From assembly GCA_012974305.1 (NCBI GenBank), contig JAAXQN010000213.1, forward strand, positions 1 to 52,509: a stretch of DNA of 52,509 nucleotides, read 5' to 3'. Under the pieces are notes generated by a model that saw only the letters and a program-made list of their open reading frames with translations, did not search any database and had not been told where the DNA came from. Positions 50,678-52,509 of this stretch are shown here, piece by piece. This DNA comes from Candidatus Methylomirabilis sp. (lineage in GTDB: Bacteria > Methylomirabilota > Methylomirabilia > Methylomirabilales > CSP1-5). The position numbers and the translations under genes were made by a program. Every line of letters starts with the position of its first letter. The stretch's first letter is position 1.

Positions 50678-52509
50678 ATGGAAGAGCTAGTATTTCTCAA
50701 AGATCTTATGCTCGTCTTCGGGGTTTCCACCCTGGTGGTGTATCTCTTCCACCGGCTGCGGCAACCGGCCATCGTGGGGTTCTTGGCATCGGGAGTCCTT
50801 ATGGGACCCCACGGATTGAGTCTCATCGCAGACGTGCATCAGGTGGAGCTGTTGGCCGAGATCGGCGTCGTGCTCCTCCTCTTCACCATCGGTCTGGAAT
50901 TCTCGATCTCCAAGCTGAACCAAATGCGACAGCTGGTTCTGGGGGGCGGGAGCCTTCAAGTACTGGGGACCATTCTGCTTATTGGCGGAGGAGCCTGGCT
51001 TTTGGGCCTGCCGCCGGCACAAGCGGTCTTCTTTGGATTCCTCCTGGCCTTGTCGAGTACCGCCATCGTCCTCAAGATTCTGATGGACCGGGGGGAGATT
51101 GATTCCCCCCAGGGACGTTTTGCCGTCGGCATCCTGATCTTCCAGGATCTGTGTGTCGTTCCCCTGATGCTCCTGACACCCGTCCTGAGCGGGAAGGAGG
51201 CCACGAGTGCCGTTGCCATCCTCCTGGTCCTGGGCAAGGTTGCCCTAACCGTCACCCTCATATTTTCCCTATCCCGTCTCGTCGTCCCCCGGCTGCTCTT
51301 TGAGGTGGTGAAGATGAGAAGTCCCGAAGTCTTTATCATCTCTATTATTCTTATCTGCCTCGGAACTGCCTGGGCCACCTCCCAGATCGGCCTTTCTCTC
51401 GCCCTGGGGGCCTTCCTGGCGGGGATGGTCATCGCAGAATCGGAGTATAGCCATCAGGTGTTGACAAACATCCTTCCACTGCGGGACGGCTTCATCAGTC
51501 TCTTCTTCATCTCGGTGGGGATGCTGATGGATGTTCGTACTCTCCTGAACCACCCCCTGGAGGTGGCCGGAACGCTTTCAGCAATTCTCATCGTAAAGAC
51601 GGTGGTGGTGGTTGGGAGTGTTCTCGTACTCGGGTACCCGCTTCGCGTGGCAGTTTTGGTGGGGTGCGCGTTAGCCCAAGTTGGGGAATTCTCCTTTGTC
51701 CTCTCCCGCGTGGGGTGGGAGTGGGGGCTTATCACCCCTCAGCTGAACCAGTATTTCCTCTCTGCCTCGGTCATCAGTCTTCTCCTCACCCCTTTCGCAA
51801 TTCACATCAGCCCGAAGCTGGCAGGTGGAATAGGCCGCCTGCGGTGGGTGGAGCGTTGGTTTCCGGGGCGTAAGTTCGAGGAACTCAAGCCTGAGCAGGT
51901 GGATATTCGAGACCACGTCATTATCGTGGGGTATGGCCCCGGCGGCCGAAACCTTTCCCGAGTCCTGAAGGCAATTGAGGTTCCCTATTGCATCCTAGAA
52001 CTCAACGGCGAGACCGTCAGACGGATGCGGCGGAACGGGGAGCCTATCTATTACGGGGACGCTGCCAGCCCAGAGGTCTTGAAGCACCTCGTGATTCATC
52101 ATGCCCGGGCTCTGGTGGTGGCGGTCTCCGATCCCGCATCGATCCGTCGGGCAGTTCGCGTGGCCCGGGACCTGAATCCGCGTCTTTACATCATCGTCCG
52201 GACCCGGTACATGGCCGAGATCGACGAGCTATACAGTCTAGGTGCCGATGAAGTGATTTCGGAGGAGTTCGAGACCTCAATCGAGCTCTTTGCCCGCGTC
52301 CTGCGCCGTTATCATATCCCCCGGACGGTGATCGGCGAACAGATAGAGAAGATCAGGCAAGAGAGATACGAGATGCTCCGGCAGCTCGAGGGACCTCGGC
52401 TTGCCCAGGCAGAATTGACCCGGATCTTTGCCCAGGTCGAGATGGAGACCTACCTTGTCGGAGAGGGGGGCTCCACCACGGGGAAGACCATCGCCGAGCT
52501 CCACGTCCG
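50678..52509 (+). CDS. CPA2-family K+/H+ antiporter (KefB/KefC-like) with C-terminal RCK/TrkA-N domain, 3' end outside the window
   Basis: My own translation from ATG 50678 reads 'MEELVFLKDLMLVFGVSTLVVYLFHRLRQPAIVGFLASGVLMGPHGL...LLAEIGVVLLLFTIGLEFS'. Further on comes 'HVIIVGYGPGGRNLSRVL...YYGDA'. The ORF runs open to the window end, which is why it is absent from the ORF track. Confidence 0.85.
   Translation, partial: MEELVFLKDLMLVFGVSTLVVYLFHRLRQPAIVGFLASGVLMGPHGLSLIADVHQVELLAEIGVVLLLFTIGLEFSISKLNQMRQLVLGGGSLQVLGTILLIGGGAWLLGLPPAQAVFFGFLLALSSTAIVLKILMDRGEIDSPQGRFAVGILIFQDLCVVPLMLLTPVLSGKEATSAVAILLVLGKVALTVTLIFSLSRLVVPRLLFEVVKMRSPEVFIISIILICLGTAWATSQIGLSLALGAFLAGMVIAESEYSHQVLTNILPLRDGFISLFFISVGMLMDVRTLLNHPLEVAGTLSAILIVKTVVVVGSVLVLGYPLRVAVLVGCALAQVGEFSFVLSRVGWEWGLITPQLNQYFLSASVISLLLTPFAIHISPKLAGGIGRLRWVERWFPGRKFEELKPEQVDIRDHVIIVGYGPGGRNLSRVLKAIEVPYCILELNGETVRRMRRNGEPIYYGDAASPEVLKHLVIHHARALVVAVSDPASIRRAVRVARDLNPRLYIIVRTRYMAEIDELYSLGADEVISEEFETSIELFARVLRRYHIPRTVIGEQIEKIRQERYEMLRQLEGPRLAQAELTRIFAQVEMETYLVGEGGSTTGKTIAELHV

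Overview
This is a 52.5 kb stretch of densely coding, high-GC bacterial chromosome. I see no rRNA, tRNA, CRISPR array, transposase, integrase or phage genes. All family names come from reading motifs in the supplied translations, because I could not run any homology search.

Gene content, left to right:
- **137-8118, minus strand:** a redox and detoxification block with CcdA, two tandem MOSC paralogs, a PNPOx-like protein and a quinone oxidoreductase. It ends with an ECF sigma / anti-sigma pair.
- **10583-26963, plus strand:** about 16 kb of co-directional genes, many with overlapping stop and start codons. They encode cell-envelope glycoconjugate functions: methyltransferase, three GT2 enzymes, a GT-C enzyme, two radical SAM/SPASM enzymes, beta-propellers and a sulfatase-like transferase. 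NDH-2, an HD-GYP protein and a DUF2064 + Nudix pair sit in the same array.
- **27029-31829, minus strand:** cyclophilin, a SagB-like dehydrogenase, an MsrB lipoprotein and a lactate permease.
- **34288-38339:** a solute symporter, a radical SAM enzyme, a metallophosphoesterase and a GrdB-like gene.
- **38453-42200:** an OmpR/HK two-component system followed by DegP.
- **42692-52509:** two paralogous GT2 genes, LhgO, a YihY-family protein, a SPOR protein and a 3'-truncated Kef-type antiporter.

Most interesting observations:
1. Two in-frame UGA codons fall exactly on the first Cys of CxxC-type motifs. One is in an exported DUF3179 protein (W-U-P-L-C), the other in a GrdB-family protein (A-U-G-L-C). 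Each is followed about 20 nt later by a hairpin with a GUG-containing loop, so both are candidate selenoproteins that ORF callers will split.
2. All four components of the poorly understood 'rSAM/selenodomain-associated' gene set appear to be present. They are an ArsS-like radical SAM enzyme, a phosphoesterase, a TIGR04282-like transferase and a TIGR04283-like transferase. Here they are dispersed, duplicated and partly decayed.
3. Inverted arrays of tandem heptanucleotide repeats bracket the phosphoesterase gene.
4. An identical 30-bp palindromic terminator flanks the SagB-like gene on both sides, and it lies next to an AT-rich island that carries msrB.
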